From: Callorhinchus milii
Taxonomy: Eukaryota
Direction of reading: 5' to 3'
Assembly (NCBI RefSeq): GCF_018977255.1
Contig: NW_024704743.1
Coordinates: 92,878,001-92,942,000 of the forward strand
DNA: 64,000 nt
Part shown: positions 1-12,150 of the stretch, piece by piece
Layout of the letters: each line of letters starts with the position of its first letter
Position numbering within the stretch: position 1 is the stretch's first letter
Notes under the pieces: generated by a model
Seen by the model: only the letters and a program-made list of their open reading frames with translations
Database searches by the model: none
What the model was told of the DNA's origin: nothing
Position numbers and translations under genes: made by a program

Positions 1-60
1 TCCTCAAAACATTCTGCGCACTTTACTATTACTGGCTGTAGGTATCATAGGAGTTATAGA

Positions 61-255
61 TGTCAGCCTGACTCACTTGGTAGCACTCAGAGTCAGATAG
101 CCATGGGTTCATGCCCAATATCAGGAGTTTGATCTCACATAAATTAGGTTGTCACTTCAGTACAGTGCTGGGGTGCATTGCATTGTTGAAGGTGCATCCT
201 GCAGATGAGACACAAAACCAAAGTCTTTCTGTTTAGGTGGATGGCAAAAAATGCA
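61..255 (+). mobile_element. Old tRNA-headed Deu-domain SINE, 5' part
   Basis: Degenerate A/B boxes (ctcacttggtagc / gggttcatgccc), then gcattgttgaaggtgcatcctgcagatgagacacaaaacc; similar to copies at 11700-12150 and 19930-20397. Confidence 0.7.
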
Positions 256-707
256 AATTGAAAGTAAAATATCTCAATTACAATATAAAGGCCTCACATT
301 CCCCTGCTTTCAATCACACTAACAACCAACACTATCACCATTAGCTTGCTAATCATTACACATGCATTCTCTTCACCTGTTCCCTTCTATTAAAAGGGAA
401 TGTATTGGAGCCGCTAACCAGAAAGCAAAATGATGTGCTATGAATCACAGATATAACTGAATCACATCCAACAATTGATTTGATCAGACGACTAATTGTA
501 CCATGAAATGTAAGATAGGGACTGCAATCTGATTCCTTCAAGAACAACAATGATTATAAGCAAAAAGAGCTGAAGGGTGGAATTAAGCGACATCTAATTC
601 TAATCAACTGTGCAACCGAGTACAATTGTTCAACCAAGCAATAATTTGGGAATGTAGAGCAGAATCAATGCTCCTCACAATGTAACCAGTGTTCCATTTT
701 TTACTAA

Positions 708-800
708 TAAAAACAGAAGTTGCTGGGAAAACTCAGCAGGTCAGGCAGCATCTATGGAGAAAGGAAAGTGAGTCAACGTTTCGGGTCCTTTGTCAGAACA
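708..800 (-). mobile_element. Penelope-like element terminal remnant with degenerate hammerhead core
   Basis: Minus strand reads GTTCTGACAAAGGACCCGAAACGTTGACT...CATAGATGCTGCCTGACCTGCTGAGTTTTCCCAGCAACTTCTGTTTTT, a CTGAnGA..GAAAC-type motif typical of Penelope repeats. Confidence 0.65.
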
Positions 801-2504
801 TATCAATATGCCCTATAACAAACATTCAAATTGGAACTTTGTTAAATAGTTGATTAAAATAGCAAAAACAGTGGAAATAATCTATTATTATTTACCCTGA
901 CATAACCCTTCAGAATCTTGAAGACCGCTATCAGTTCACCTTTTAACCTTTTTTATTGTAATGAAATTTTTTTTTAAATCAATAGGGCAGGACACTGGGA
1001 GAAAGGACAGCTCACCCAAATGACAGACATTTCAAGAGACCTTGAGAATAAACTCCTTTTAATGAATTATATTACCTTTTAATGAATTGCATTTGTCTAT
1101 ATTTCCATAACAGCAATAATCCTTGCGAGAATTTGACTCCAATGTCATTAACATTTCTACAACCACATATTTTTATAATGCACACCATTTTATGCCATAT
1201 CATACCTCTGTCAAACATAGTATCTAGGTATATTAGCACCCATTAACAGTCAAATTTATTCACAATACTGTGTAGGATTGCAAGTGATAATTAATAAAAT
1301 GGTAAAAGTCTGTAACAGAGAGGAAGAAAGCTGGATAAAAGTGATGAACTCAATCAGCAATGTGGTTGCTCAAACCTCAGTTTTCTGGCCAGATGATCAA
1401 TTATTAGAAAGCAGACATTTTAATAAGTATTACAAGGTCTTGGGTTAGCCTTGCAATGTTTGCTGGTATTCAGATCCTCTTACATCCATGTTAGCAGATC
1501 TCAGAGGGACCATTCACTGTTTTTCACTTTGTGCTGCGTTAAAATTCACTGCAGCTTCAACCTCACAGGATGGCACTGGGGAGAAGTGTGAGTATGTGGA
1601 ATGGACTTCACAGGGAAGCAGATTCCATCAGCATTTTCCAAAGGGGACTAGTATTGACAAAACAATTTATTGAAGGCTGCGTGTGATGGAGCAATGATTG
1701 TTTTGGCGGTGAAGGGTGGGAGGTTGGTAAAATGGACCACAATTGTCTTTTCTGGTCTTTTATATGATTATGTTGCTATGTGTGAGTTTGTCTCTAGCTC
1801 AGACCAATGTTTTCTTTCAATCCAGCGCCTAGTCATAAAGACTAAAAGATGCAAAGTACAAGCAGAACAATTTAGAGAGTCTATAAATAAGTTATAAATG
1901 ATTCATGGAAGCTTTCGGTAGAAAGAATAAAATAGCCATGAATAAACTGCCTCAAACAACACCATTGTAAAATGTGATATAGATCCTTATAGAGGTAGAT
2001 ATAGTTTCGAGAAATTGTTTATTTACGACATTACATGGTCTGAGGACAGAAGATGCTATTGTTTCTGGTTGGAAAAGAGATTTTCTTGCTTTATATCCAG
2101 GTGGGTAGATGGGCGGCAGTGTTAATGTGACTGAAGATACTGCGCAGGAACTCAATGTACTCTCTAAAGAAATGTATTTTACTCTAAGGGGACCAAAGAG
2201 GCTGATAGTTGCTTTTAATGTCCAGGGAAGTGGGTTGGAGATTGAATCTATCTGGGGAATTCATTAACAGCAAAACCCATAGTGACTATTCAAAAGGCAT
2301 TGACCATTATTAAATGCTCACTGCTGGCTGACTCCTTGACAACTATAATAATAAAATGGATCTTCACTGAAATGTTGCTCTTTTATATATTGGGGATATA
2401 TTGGGTATATTTCCAAACACATTGTAATGACTTCCATGAAGAAGGAATAGAATATATTGTTTAAGAGGACCATAATTATGACCCCTTTGTTTCCAATGAA
2501 ATAT

Positions 2505-2760
2505 AACAACAACAACAAGATTCCATTTATAGAGCGCCTTTCAAGTCGGGAGGACGTCCCAAGGCGCTGTACAGATGGGTCAGGACACGAGCAGGGGGGA
2601 AATGGTCAGGGTGAGGGGAGGGAAGGGAGGGAGCAAGGAGGGGGTAGAGAGTCGAGAGGGGAGCTGAAGGCACGGTCAAAGAGAAAGGTCTTGAGACCGG
2701 CCTTGAAGGAGGAAAGGGAGGAAGCGGCGAAGGCACTGGGGGATGGAGTTCCAGAGCCAA
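2505..2760 (-). mobile_element. Young L2 LINE 3' end
   Basis: (CAA)n tail on +; near-identical reverse complement of 35200-35450; encodes SSFKAGLKTFLFD-type ORF2 C-terminus. Confidence 0.9.
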
Positions 2761-3333
2761 AGGGAGCTCTCTTGAAGGGGGGAGGTAGATATCATCCCCT
2801 CTACCTCTTATTTTAAATTACTTGATTTGGAAGGATGCTGCACTAAATGTAAGCAACAAATCAGCAGACAGGGTGGCGGTGCTAATGTGTGTTTGGAGGT
2901 AAATGGATCTTTTTAAAAAACTTCAGCCTCGAAAGAGACCAATAAAGACAATGGAAAGCAAGTCTCCAAGGAGAGAAAATGGCCTTTCTGTGCTATGCAC
3001 ATTACAGGAAAAGAAAATCTGCACTAATCTCTAATTTACTGAAGCGTATTGAAAGGCTCTATGAATTCAGCAATTGATTTGAGTTCCTCATTCAATTGCA
3101 TGAGCTGTGCATTAGAATGTATTTCGGCATCATACATACTGTGCATAGGGAGTTTCTGAACTCAGGTGCTGCAGATACAAAGCTTTTAGTTTTGACAGAG
3201 CACAAAAGAGAATCTGAAGGTTCCCCTTTGGCCTGTTTGAAGTCATCCTTCCAGAATTCCTTTCAGCACCTTGGGACATCCCAGTCACTGGGGCAGGGAC
3301 TCTTTCAACTCAACCACCATTAACCATGCAAGC

Positions 3334-3870
3334 CAAACAACAACAAATTACATTTGTATAGTGCCTTTCACGTCTGGGGAGAGGCAATGGCAGTTGGTGG
3401 TACATAAGAGGAGCCTGGGGTTGTTCTTGGCCTCCAAGATAATCTTGGAGTATAAGGATGATTTAGCGGAGATGTGGGCAGAGTGGTAAATTTTAATGTG
3501 GTCCAACCAGATCTGCTGATGGACAATTAAGTTAGATTTGAACCAAGTGGGTTCGGAGGCACACACCTGTGCCTTGAAGGAGCGGAGATGGCTGGTGTAC
3601 CAGGGTGACTTGCATGAGTAGGAGACAGTTCTGGAGGTGAGGGGTGGAGAGGTGGGCAAAGGCATCTAGAATGGCAGAGAGGGAGTTGTGGAGGAGAGTG
3701 ACTGAGGAGGGAGAGGAAGGAAACCCAGAGCGGGAGGAGTTCAGATGACTCCAAGGCAGGGGAAAGGGAATGGGGGAGAGGAGATTTTTTTCTTGGGGCA
3801 GTGGGAAATGGAGGTGGGTTGGGTGGCGGGGAGAGAGATACCATAAGGGGCATGGTGGTCTAAACTGGAC
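3334..3870 (-). mobile_element. L2 tail fused directly to an internal ORF2 segment
   Basis: caacaacaacaaattacatt tail, then HQQIWLDHIK..SAKSSLYSKII segment (ORF 3348..3665) homologous to 21716..22075. Confidence 0.8.
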
Positions 3871-4621
3871 AAAATGCAGAAACGTTTGCCAGTCAGTGCT
3901 TGCAATGGCAAGCTATATAGCTTTTAACTGGTGAGACTGCAGCGTACGCCAACACACTGTCTCGGATCCCTAAGCCTTGGCTGTTGCCAATCTCAGTTTG
4001 GTTTGGATACTCTTATGTAGTAGTGATGGATTTTCTAATGTTCAAGACACCAAGCTGACTAAAAAAACTGTTAATGGATCTGTTGATGGCTTAGTTTTGG
4101 TGAATGTTCTGACATTCATCTCCTACTCTATTCTTCCCACTACCAGCTAACTTGGGCCTGTTGTGCATCACCCGTACTCTCTGTGCCACCATAAAATACA
4201 CTTTTGTGATTTTACTGGTAGAGTAAGAATCTCCTTAGTATAAGCAACATATTGTTTTAATAAAACAATTATAAAATAACATACTGGTGTTCTTCGTTCT
4301 ATGGATACTCTTTATGATTTCAGAGCTGCTTCGATACTCATTCGCTGAATTCACAAACAGTCAGCTGCCCGAAACAAAACTAAGCCATCAACAGATGCAT
4401 CAACATCTTATCACCTCATTTACCTTCCAGTGCAAAAAAAAATTCACAGTAAGTCACAGGAGTACAGTTGCAATACACTCTGTTGATAGTGGCAATTGGA
4501 AATCAGAAAGCTCCAACTTTCCTTGTGCAATTTGCTTTAGAACTGCCAGTAAAAATACTCTTGGGCTAACTTATAATGAGGCATTCTTCATTCATGGGCT
4601 GCCAGACTGCTTGTATGATGT

Positions 4622-4815
4622 CAACAACAACAACGAGATTCCATTTATAGAGCACCTTTCATGTCGGGAGGACGTCCCAAGGCACTGTCAGTCTGATTCA
4701 GTTAGCACTCACACCTCAGGATTAGAAGGGCTTGGTTTTGAGACCCCGGTCAGAACTTGAGCTCATACTCTGAGCAGACACTCCAGTGCAATACTGAGGA
4801 AGTAACACATTGCCA
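4622..4815. mobile_element. L2 tail (-) abutting a Deu-SINE head (+)
   Basis: caacaacaacaacgagattccatttatagagc...cccaaggcactgt then tcagttagcactcacacctcagg..ggttttgagaccc. Confidence 0.7.
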
Positions 4816-5659
4816 TTTGGAGTGAAAATAAGTACAGAGCGCACAAAAGCTTTCACCAGCAACTTTACAGTAACCACGACATCATACCTTAGTAGATGAG
4901 GAGGCTAGCACAGACCTGTCAAGTAGTAATCTCAATTTTGCCGCAAATTTATCTCTACAATTTACACTGACGATTCTGGAATGAATTTAGACGTACTGCA
5001 AGTGAAGCACTTGTCTTATCTGTATGTTTTTGTGCATGTGCTTTCATAATTGTTTATCAATAATCCTTAAAATCAACTGACACAAATTATTTAGTCATTC
5101 TGCATGGCTCTCACATCTTAACTCCCAAAATCAGATCTCTGAAAATAAAAACACAAACACATAACTTTTGGCCTCTGGAAAGCTGGGTTATCCTTGGTAC
5201 TTATTGGATGGAATGGATTGTGGAATCTCTCACAATGAAGTACATTAACATAACTTACTCTGTACAAGTTATAATAACAATTGCAGACAATTGTCAACAG
5301 ATTTCACAGGATTTGTAAAAATATTGAACACTCCATAATTTCACACAGTAACGTATAATGCATCAATGGTTCTTTGAAATTAATTTTCTTCCTCACAAAA
5401 TTGAATTCAACAGGACAATTTAAACAATTACGGGTGGAATTATCCTGTCTGTACTAATTTCAACACACATTTGAAATAATTACCGGGAGCTTACATTTTG
5501 CACAGTTGGTTAATCACAACCATAATGTATGAACCCAAGTTGTAAGTCACTAATTAAATTTATTATAAAATGCATAACTGTTTAAATAAACTAGCCAGCT
5601 CCCCTGTACCAATGCTTTGTGTGCTAACCATGTGGACAATTAAATATATTAGAAGCAGG

Positions 5660-6020
5660 GTTTAATATATTATAATAATAATAATGTTTTGGGAGGACGT
5701 TTCATAGCTGTTCTTAGGATTTACTGTAAGTGTATACTGACTTGTGTGTTTTCTGTGGGTAAACACAGCAGTCTTATCGTGTACAGCAATGTCCCACAAA
5801 CAGCCATGTTGTAATGGCTGAATGATCAATTTTACTTGGGAGATTGTTGGCCAGGACACTGGTAGAAAGTCCCTTCGCTTTTTAAATAATACTATTGGGT
5901 TTTTAACATCCAATTGAACAGGCAGAGAGACTTTTGTTTAATGTCTCATCCAAAGGAAGATATCTCTGACAATGCAGAGCACCCCAGGACTCCATTGGAG
6001 TATCAGTTTTGACTATGTGA
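5660..6020 (-). mobile_element. Old Deu-domain SINE
   Basis: cagcaatgtcccacaaacagcc and aatgtctcatccaaagg...gacaatgcag motifs are reverse complements of the Deu domain. Confidence 0.7.
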
Positions 6021-6559
6021 ATTCCGAGCCTGGGGCCTCCACCCTGGATACCAGGATGCCAAACGTTCTGATCAATTGCATGTTAGGCATCAAGTCCTGG
6101 ATAAGCTCTAATATTGAGTTCAGTTGAATAGAGACAAGACCAAGGCTCATTTGGTGTGCAAGTTTTTAACCATTCCCTTCCCCCTTCTCAAAAGCAATCC
6201 AGGTGCTCCTCTGCCTCATCTCCTCCCTCCCCATTTTAAGACCTATCTTTTTGACTCACTTTTGGTCATCTTTTCTTCCCGCTCCCCATTCTTTTCAAGT
6301 TCATTCCCCATCTCCAGGGCACCATCAGTTCTGTAAAGCACTTTGATATCCATCCGATATACAAGGTGCAATATACATGTAAATTGCAATGCAATTCATT
6401 TTCAATGTGTCTTAGTCTATCACAATGTTGAATCCTGCTGTTTGAGCAATATATATTCTCATAAGTTAGCTGGAATGATTTTACTCGGGTCTCAAATGTG
6501 CACATGAAGAAAACATTGGATAAGAAGGAAATGGGCTAATATTAGTAAACAAATCCAGA

Positions 6560-6690
6560 AACAACTTATAGAAAGCAGATTTAGCTATAGTGAAAGGCTG
6601 GGTAGACTTGAATTGTATTCCTTAGAACTGAGAAGGTGAGGTAGTTGATCTGATTGAAGTATTTAAAATAATGAAGGAAATTCACAAGCT
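6560..6690 (+). mobile_element. Degenerate CR1 ORF2 3' fragment
   Basis: ttagctatagtgaaaggctgggtagacttg..ttccttaga..gatctgattgaagtatttaaaataatga (RL..LFSLE..DLIEVFKIM). Confidence 0.7.
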
Positions 6691-7634
6691 ATATAGTGGA
6701 TGCTCTGTGATGTCTGTTCTATTCGGTTTGGGAAAAGTCAGGGGCTTTGGAACAGATTGAAAACTGATTCTGAGTCATCCTACAGCAGTGAGTGTATAGC
6801 TGTAGAGAATCGCAAACAATATGAAATAATTGTTGCATTTTTCTATTCCTAATGGGTATGCTTTGAATACTTTATAATCTAATTCCCCTTTAACTAAGTC
6901 ATATAATACTACAGTGTCAACACTGAGCTTTACTGAGACCATGATCCTAGTAAAGCTTGGTACACGCAGTGTATGATTACTCATACTGATATCCAAAGCT
7001 CCCACCTTTCCTTAAACCAGTGAAGTCACTCTGGGATACGTGTGGCTCCTTCAGTCCAGGAAGAGAAGGTAAGCGCTCCCTAGAGTATTAAAGCACTGGG
7101 GTCCTCTTTGCAGGTCCTCCTTCTACACTGTGAGTTACCACAATTGTATGAACTCCTAGGGGCCACTTAACTGCAGTTTCAAGGTGCAGGATGGGAGAGT
7201 TAAAACTCAACTCTATGCTTATTTAGACAACATAAGGGTCATGAAGAAAGGTGAAAAGTGAACATTATGGGTCAAAAGCTGTGTTAAAAATATTCTTCAA
7301 CTTTGGGTCTAATGGTGAAAGAATAAAGTGGAATGAATGTTTTCTCATGGAGGATCATCAATGTGCATTAATGTTGTGGAGGTCATAGAACTGGATAAGA
7401 CCAAACAACAAGTAGAAAGAGTCCCAGACAATCTCAGCCTGACATGGCATAGGTGCTTTGACAGTATTGTAAAGGAGATAAAGAGGCCTGACTCACATAG
7501 CAACCGCACAAGGGGAAGTAGTTTAGAAAGACTGCAGAGCAGAGTACTTGATAGCACAGGGGAACTGGAAGGTGATACAGAATAGCTTTGGTAATGTATA
7601 GCAGTTCTCAAATTCCGAGTCCACTTTTCCTTAC

Positions 7635-7677
7635 GCTTGCTTATCAGTCAGCAAACTCCTCCCTAACCTGTCAATCA
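7635..7677 (-). other. Candidate 43-nt exon
   Basis: tttttttttgcgtttgtacag|TGATTGAC..CAAGC|gtaagg; only one open frame, xIDRLGRSLLTDKQ. Confidence 0.22.
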
Positions 7678-8257
7678 CTGTACAAACGCAAAAAAAAATA
7701 TCTTTACAAACAATTTCATGTGATAAGTATAACAAAAGTATTTATTGCACATTCATGTCTCACAACACACAAATAATGACCATTTTAATGGCACTAATTT
7801 AAATTTATCAAAAGCCTGACACTTTTGCAGGAACACATGTTAAATATTATCACATTCTACAGATGATTATTATTTTCACTAGTAATTTAATAAGCATTTG
7901 AACCTAATAATAATGTGACAGTAATAAAGAAAGGCTCTTGCAGAACAGTGCAAATTTCTTGCTAATATTTCTTTCTTATTAAAAAAGAAGTAGATTAATA
8001 TGAAAGACTCATTGTACACCATCTTTCACCCACAAAATACACAGTCAATCCACTTTACAATATTTTCTGTGAAGCGCTTTGAAACGTCTCAATGATGTGA
8101 TAATGTGCTATATCAAATGAAAGGATTATTATTATTTATCACAAGAAAATATCACCACAAGAAAATATTATGTGAAACATTTAGTATTGATATTTACAGA
8201 TTTCACAGGTTTAAAAGTCCAAGACATTCAGCAAGGGATAACTGCAAGTGAAAGCAA

Positions 8258-8624
8258 GTGGAGTCCTGTTGCTCAGTGGTTAGAGCACTTGCCTTGTAAG
8301 TGAGAGACCTGGGTTTGATTCCTGGTAGGGCAAAACGTTGGGCAACTTTCCTTATTCCATCTGCCTCTGTTTACCTAGCAGTAAGTAGGAACCCCATTGT
8401 TAGTCGATTGGCGGATCACATTTTTGTGGGTAATAAATCCTTAAAAAAAATAATAATTGGTCACTCAATCCACAACTGTTTGTGGGACACTGTAGTGTAC
8501 GATTGGCTGCCACGATTCTCACATAAAATATAGTCAGTTCACTTTACAGTATATTCTGTGAAGCGCTTTGAGGCGTCTCAAAGACGTGCTAAGGTGCTAT
8601 ATCAAATACAAGGATTATTATTAT
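8258..8624 (+). mobile_element. Full-length tRNA-derived SINE (long subfamily); shared leader at 8216-8257
   Basis: gtggagtcctgttgctcagtggttagagc A-box, gggtttgattcc B-box, 3' stem-loop and (TTA)n tail; paralogues at 17306, 26446, 32214, 53697. Confidence 0.92.
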
Positions 8625-8734
8625 ATTGTCCATTTTGAAGATATTCCGTGAAGTGAAGATTGGCTGTTTTCTGGAATGTTATTTATTTGTTCACATGGGA
8701 AGGAACATTTGGCTAAATGGTTCATTTCACCTAC

Positions 8735-8774
8735 TTTTATCTTCATGTATGGGCGACTGTCTTTGGAATTTGTC
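8735..8774 (-). other. Candidate 40-nt exon in CpG-retaining unique DNA
   Basis: cattcttacag|GACAAATTCC..GATAAAA|gtaggt; DKFQRQSPIHEDK in phase 0. Confidence 0.22.
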
Positions 8775-10499
8775 CTGTAAGAATGCGGTGATATATTCCT
8801 ATTGTTTCCATTGCGCTGGCAGACGTCACATAACCTATCACCTTTTACACCGTAGAGTGCGTCTCTAAAATATATAGTCAATTCACTTTACAGTTGTGGT
8901 ACGTGCAGGGTCAGCAACAATCAAGTAGAAACAGAATGATTTCCAAGTTGAAATTAAATGGAACGCTGCCCTTTCTAGGAAACAAAGTACACTTTTTTGT
9001 ATATAGCTAAATAGGTCCTTGTCTTGAAACAGAAGAACTGTAAATATGTTGGTGACGATAATCACAACACATTTCAGATGGTTATATATTTATATATACA
9101 CATTTAATTACTGCGCATTTGCTTTCCATGATATTGAGGAATCTGAAAAACCCCAAATTGGTACTTATTAGCAATTTGTAAGAGTCGGTATGCAAATATA
9201 TTCTCATTAAAAACAGACTTGTGTGAACGACTGCTTTTCACAGATTTACTGCAGGAAATCTAATGCTGAAGTGACTGTTACTTTGTGGGTTTATTTGCAA
9301 ATAAACCAATAAACCAACTGGCACAATGAGAATTTAAAACTATTGTGTACTAATTAACTAAGATATCCAAGAATATCTTCAGATTTGGTGGACAAATAAC
9401 ACAAGGAAATACAGTACAAAGAGTTGAGGGGAAGAATGTAGAGCATTGGTTCAGGGATCATGATGAATACCCAAACAGATGTGAATCTTTTTATTTAATT
9501 TGCAAAAACATGAGTTTTTCACATTTTGAATTACTTTGTATTCCAAATGGCATTTTTGTTTGGATCAATTGTGGCATGAATGTACAGTACACGGAAGCAA
9601 ACACCTCTCAGCCATGTCTTTCTGGCTGTTGAGTGAAACTGCTGTCCATGGTTAGATTCCAGCTTACAAAGAGAAATGCTGTTTTTCTTTTTCAAAATCA
9701 TTATGTTTCCCATTGCTTTCAATCAGAGGCCCAAATGTTCCCCTAGCCTTATCTTAAAATTAAAATTGTGCAAATTGTGGAAGATCCTTTAATTCAGTCT
9801 TAATTTGGAAGTTCTTATTAGTTCCAATTAAAGACTGATTTTATGAATTCTGTCCATTCTTAAATGTGAGGAGGAAATGGTCTTTCCTGCTCTGTTGATA
9901 GATTGATTGGGAGAGGATGAAAGTTGTATCTTTTTCACAGTGGTATAGAGAGAAGTGTATTTGTTTTACCATTACTGGGTTAATGAGAGATAAATATGTG
10001 TTCCATGAGTGTGGAAGGAGACCTTCCAAGCAGATGGACTTGGATTAATTCACAACCCTTATGTGGCCTCTTCCTCGTCAATCAGGTAATGAAGTGCTTG
10101 CTCAGCCTTAGTGAGCTGCCACTCTCGAAGGGACACAACCTCTCCACAAAGGCACCACCTTCTCTATTCTGCTACATCCATCTCTCCTGTTATTTTCTCA
10201 GACAAAGAGTAAGAGAAACCAATGTAATACTCCCTCCCTTACAAGGGTACAATCCTTGATTTCTAATGCTGTCTTGGTGCTGAGTATTAGTAGCAGACAA
10301 AAAAACACACAAAATCTGCTATCACAACAGCAGATGGGGCTGGGCCAAACACATCCAAATTCCAAGATTGAGGCTGTGAAGTCTGGAAGCACTCCAGAGA
10401 TGTAAATCTGATGTAGAAGTAGTGAAATATTATTGAATTGTGAGGTAGCAACTAAAAGGCAAACAGGCTAAATCAGTTGAGTTTAAATCCCCAGATGTC

Positions 10500-10975
10500 A
10501 TACTCAGGCTTGGTAGCACTCTTGGCAGTCCATACCTAGAGTACTGCATGCAGTTCTGGTCACTATGATATAAGGATGACAATGAGGATGATCCCTAGGT
10601 TTTAGAGAAATCAGCTATGAGCCGTGATTAGACAAGCTAGGGCTCTTCAGTCTTGAGAGAAAATGACTCTAAGGGGACACCATAGAAATGTATAACATTT
10701 TAAATGGGATAGAAAACATAAATCTGGAACAATACTTTAAGATGCACCAGGATGGGCAGTAGAACAAAAGGACATAGGTTTTAGAGTTCCAATGGGCAAT
10801 TTCAAAACAGTTACCAGGAAGTATCTCTTTACTCAGAGAGTGATTAAAAACTGGAACAGGTTGCCAGAAGGGTGGTTGAGGCCAGGACACTGGACTGATT
10901 TAAAAAGCAGCTCGATGTTGTGAAGTAAGTTGGGTGTTCTGAAGGATAAGATCAGGTGGTCCAAACTGATGTCAT
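10500..10975 (+). mobile_element. CR1 LINE 3' fragment
   Basis: cctagagtactgcatgcagttctggtc (LEYCxQFW), ttactcagagagtgattaaaaactggaacagg (FTQRVI..WN). Confidence 0.85.
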
Positions 10976-11699
10976 CTTAAAGATTACAAAATTCATATAG
11001 CTTGGAAAAAGGCTATTTGGTCAACAGGTCCATGACATTTTTTTGAACTCTAATAAGATTTCCAGCATTTCATTAGACAATCCATGTAATATTTACAAAA
11101 AACATGTTTTGAAGAGTAGTAAATGTCACCTCACAATGTGGATATCAACATATAGGACATACCCAGTGAAGAATCACCTGCCCTAATACAATATTAATAT
11201 ATGTTATAGAGTTACCACCCAGAGTGCCTTTGTAAATAATGTTGTTGTAAAGAATTAATGTTAAATTATGTAAATACAGAGTAATTGCCAAGAAGAAAAC
11301 ATAATCGACCTTTATCATTTACTTAGAGATAAAATCAACCATGTGGAAAGTAGTATTGAATAATAAAATTGCTCAGAGAAAAAAATAATCCGTTGAATTT
11401 TAATCAACATAAAGATTTAAGTACAAAAAGCATTTGATTTGCTTCAGTGACATTCTGTAATGACCTTATCTCTCTGTACTTCAAAACATCTATGGAGAGC
11501 AATGTGCCAGGATTTACCTCTTCTTAGCAACTATCTATAGAGCCACAGAACTGAAGGCCTTAATGCAAAAATCTTGCTACCAACTAAGCCAGGCTAATAC
11601 CTTGGGACTCATGTACTTGAATGATTTTGATCACCAATTCGTACCGTGATGTCAATAGTGATAAAAAAATCTCCTTGTTCGTTCAGCTCTTAATATTAG

Positions 11700-12150
11700 T
11701 AATAAATAATAATCTGTGCATTTAGTAAAGCGGCTTATCAATCATCAGGGCCCACATAAAGCTCTTCACTGGATATACTGTAAAATTATGTGCCTGTGTG
11801 TACTTTTTAGGTGAATGGGCAGCCAACTTGTACACAACAATATCCCACAAACAGCCATGAAGTAAGTGACCAATTTTATTTGGGGAATTGTTGGCCAGAT
11901 CACAGGATGAAACTCCCTTCTCTTTTCAAATATTGCCATGGGATCTTTAACGTCTATCTGGACAGGCAGACAGGACCTTGGTTTAACATCTTAAGCGAAG
12001 GATGTCATCTACGACAATGCAGCACATCCTCACTATTGTATTGGAGTGTCAGTAAAGACTATATGGGTTCCAAGTCCTGACATGGGTATTGAACCCATAA
12101 CTTTTTGACTCTGAAGTGAGAGTGCTATCAACTGAGCCAGGATGGCACCT
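11700..12150 (-). mobile_element. Near full-length Deu-domain SINE (AmnSINE1/SacSINE1-like)
   Basis: Minus strand: tRNA head ggctcagttgatagcactc, then gtgctgcattgtcg..gatgttaaaccaaggtcctgtctgcc..aaagatcccatggc Deu domain and an L2-type tail. Confidence 0.8.

Noticed and set aside
4287..4760. 157-aa ORF with a hydrophobic N-terminus
   Set aside because: Non-ATG start, no recognisable domain, and the C-terminus is antisense L2 tail plus SINE head.
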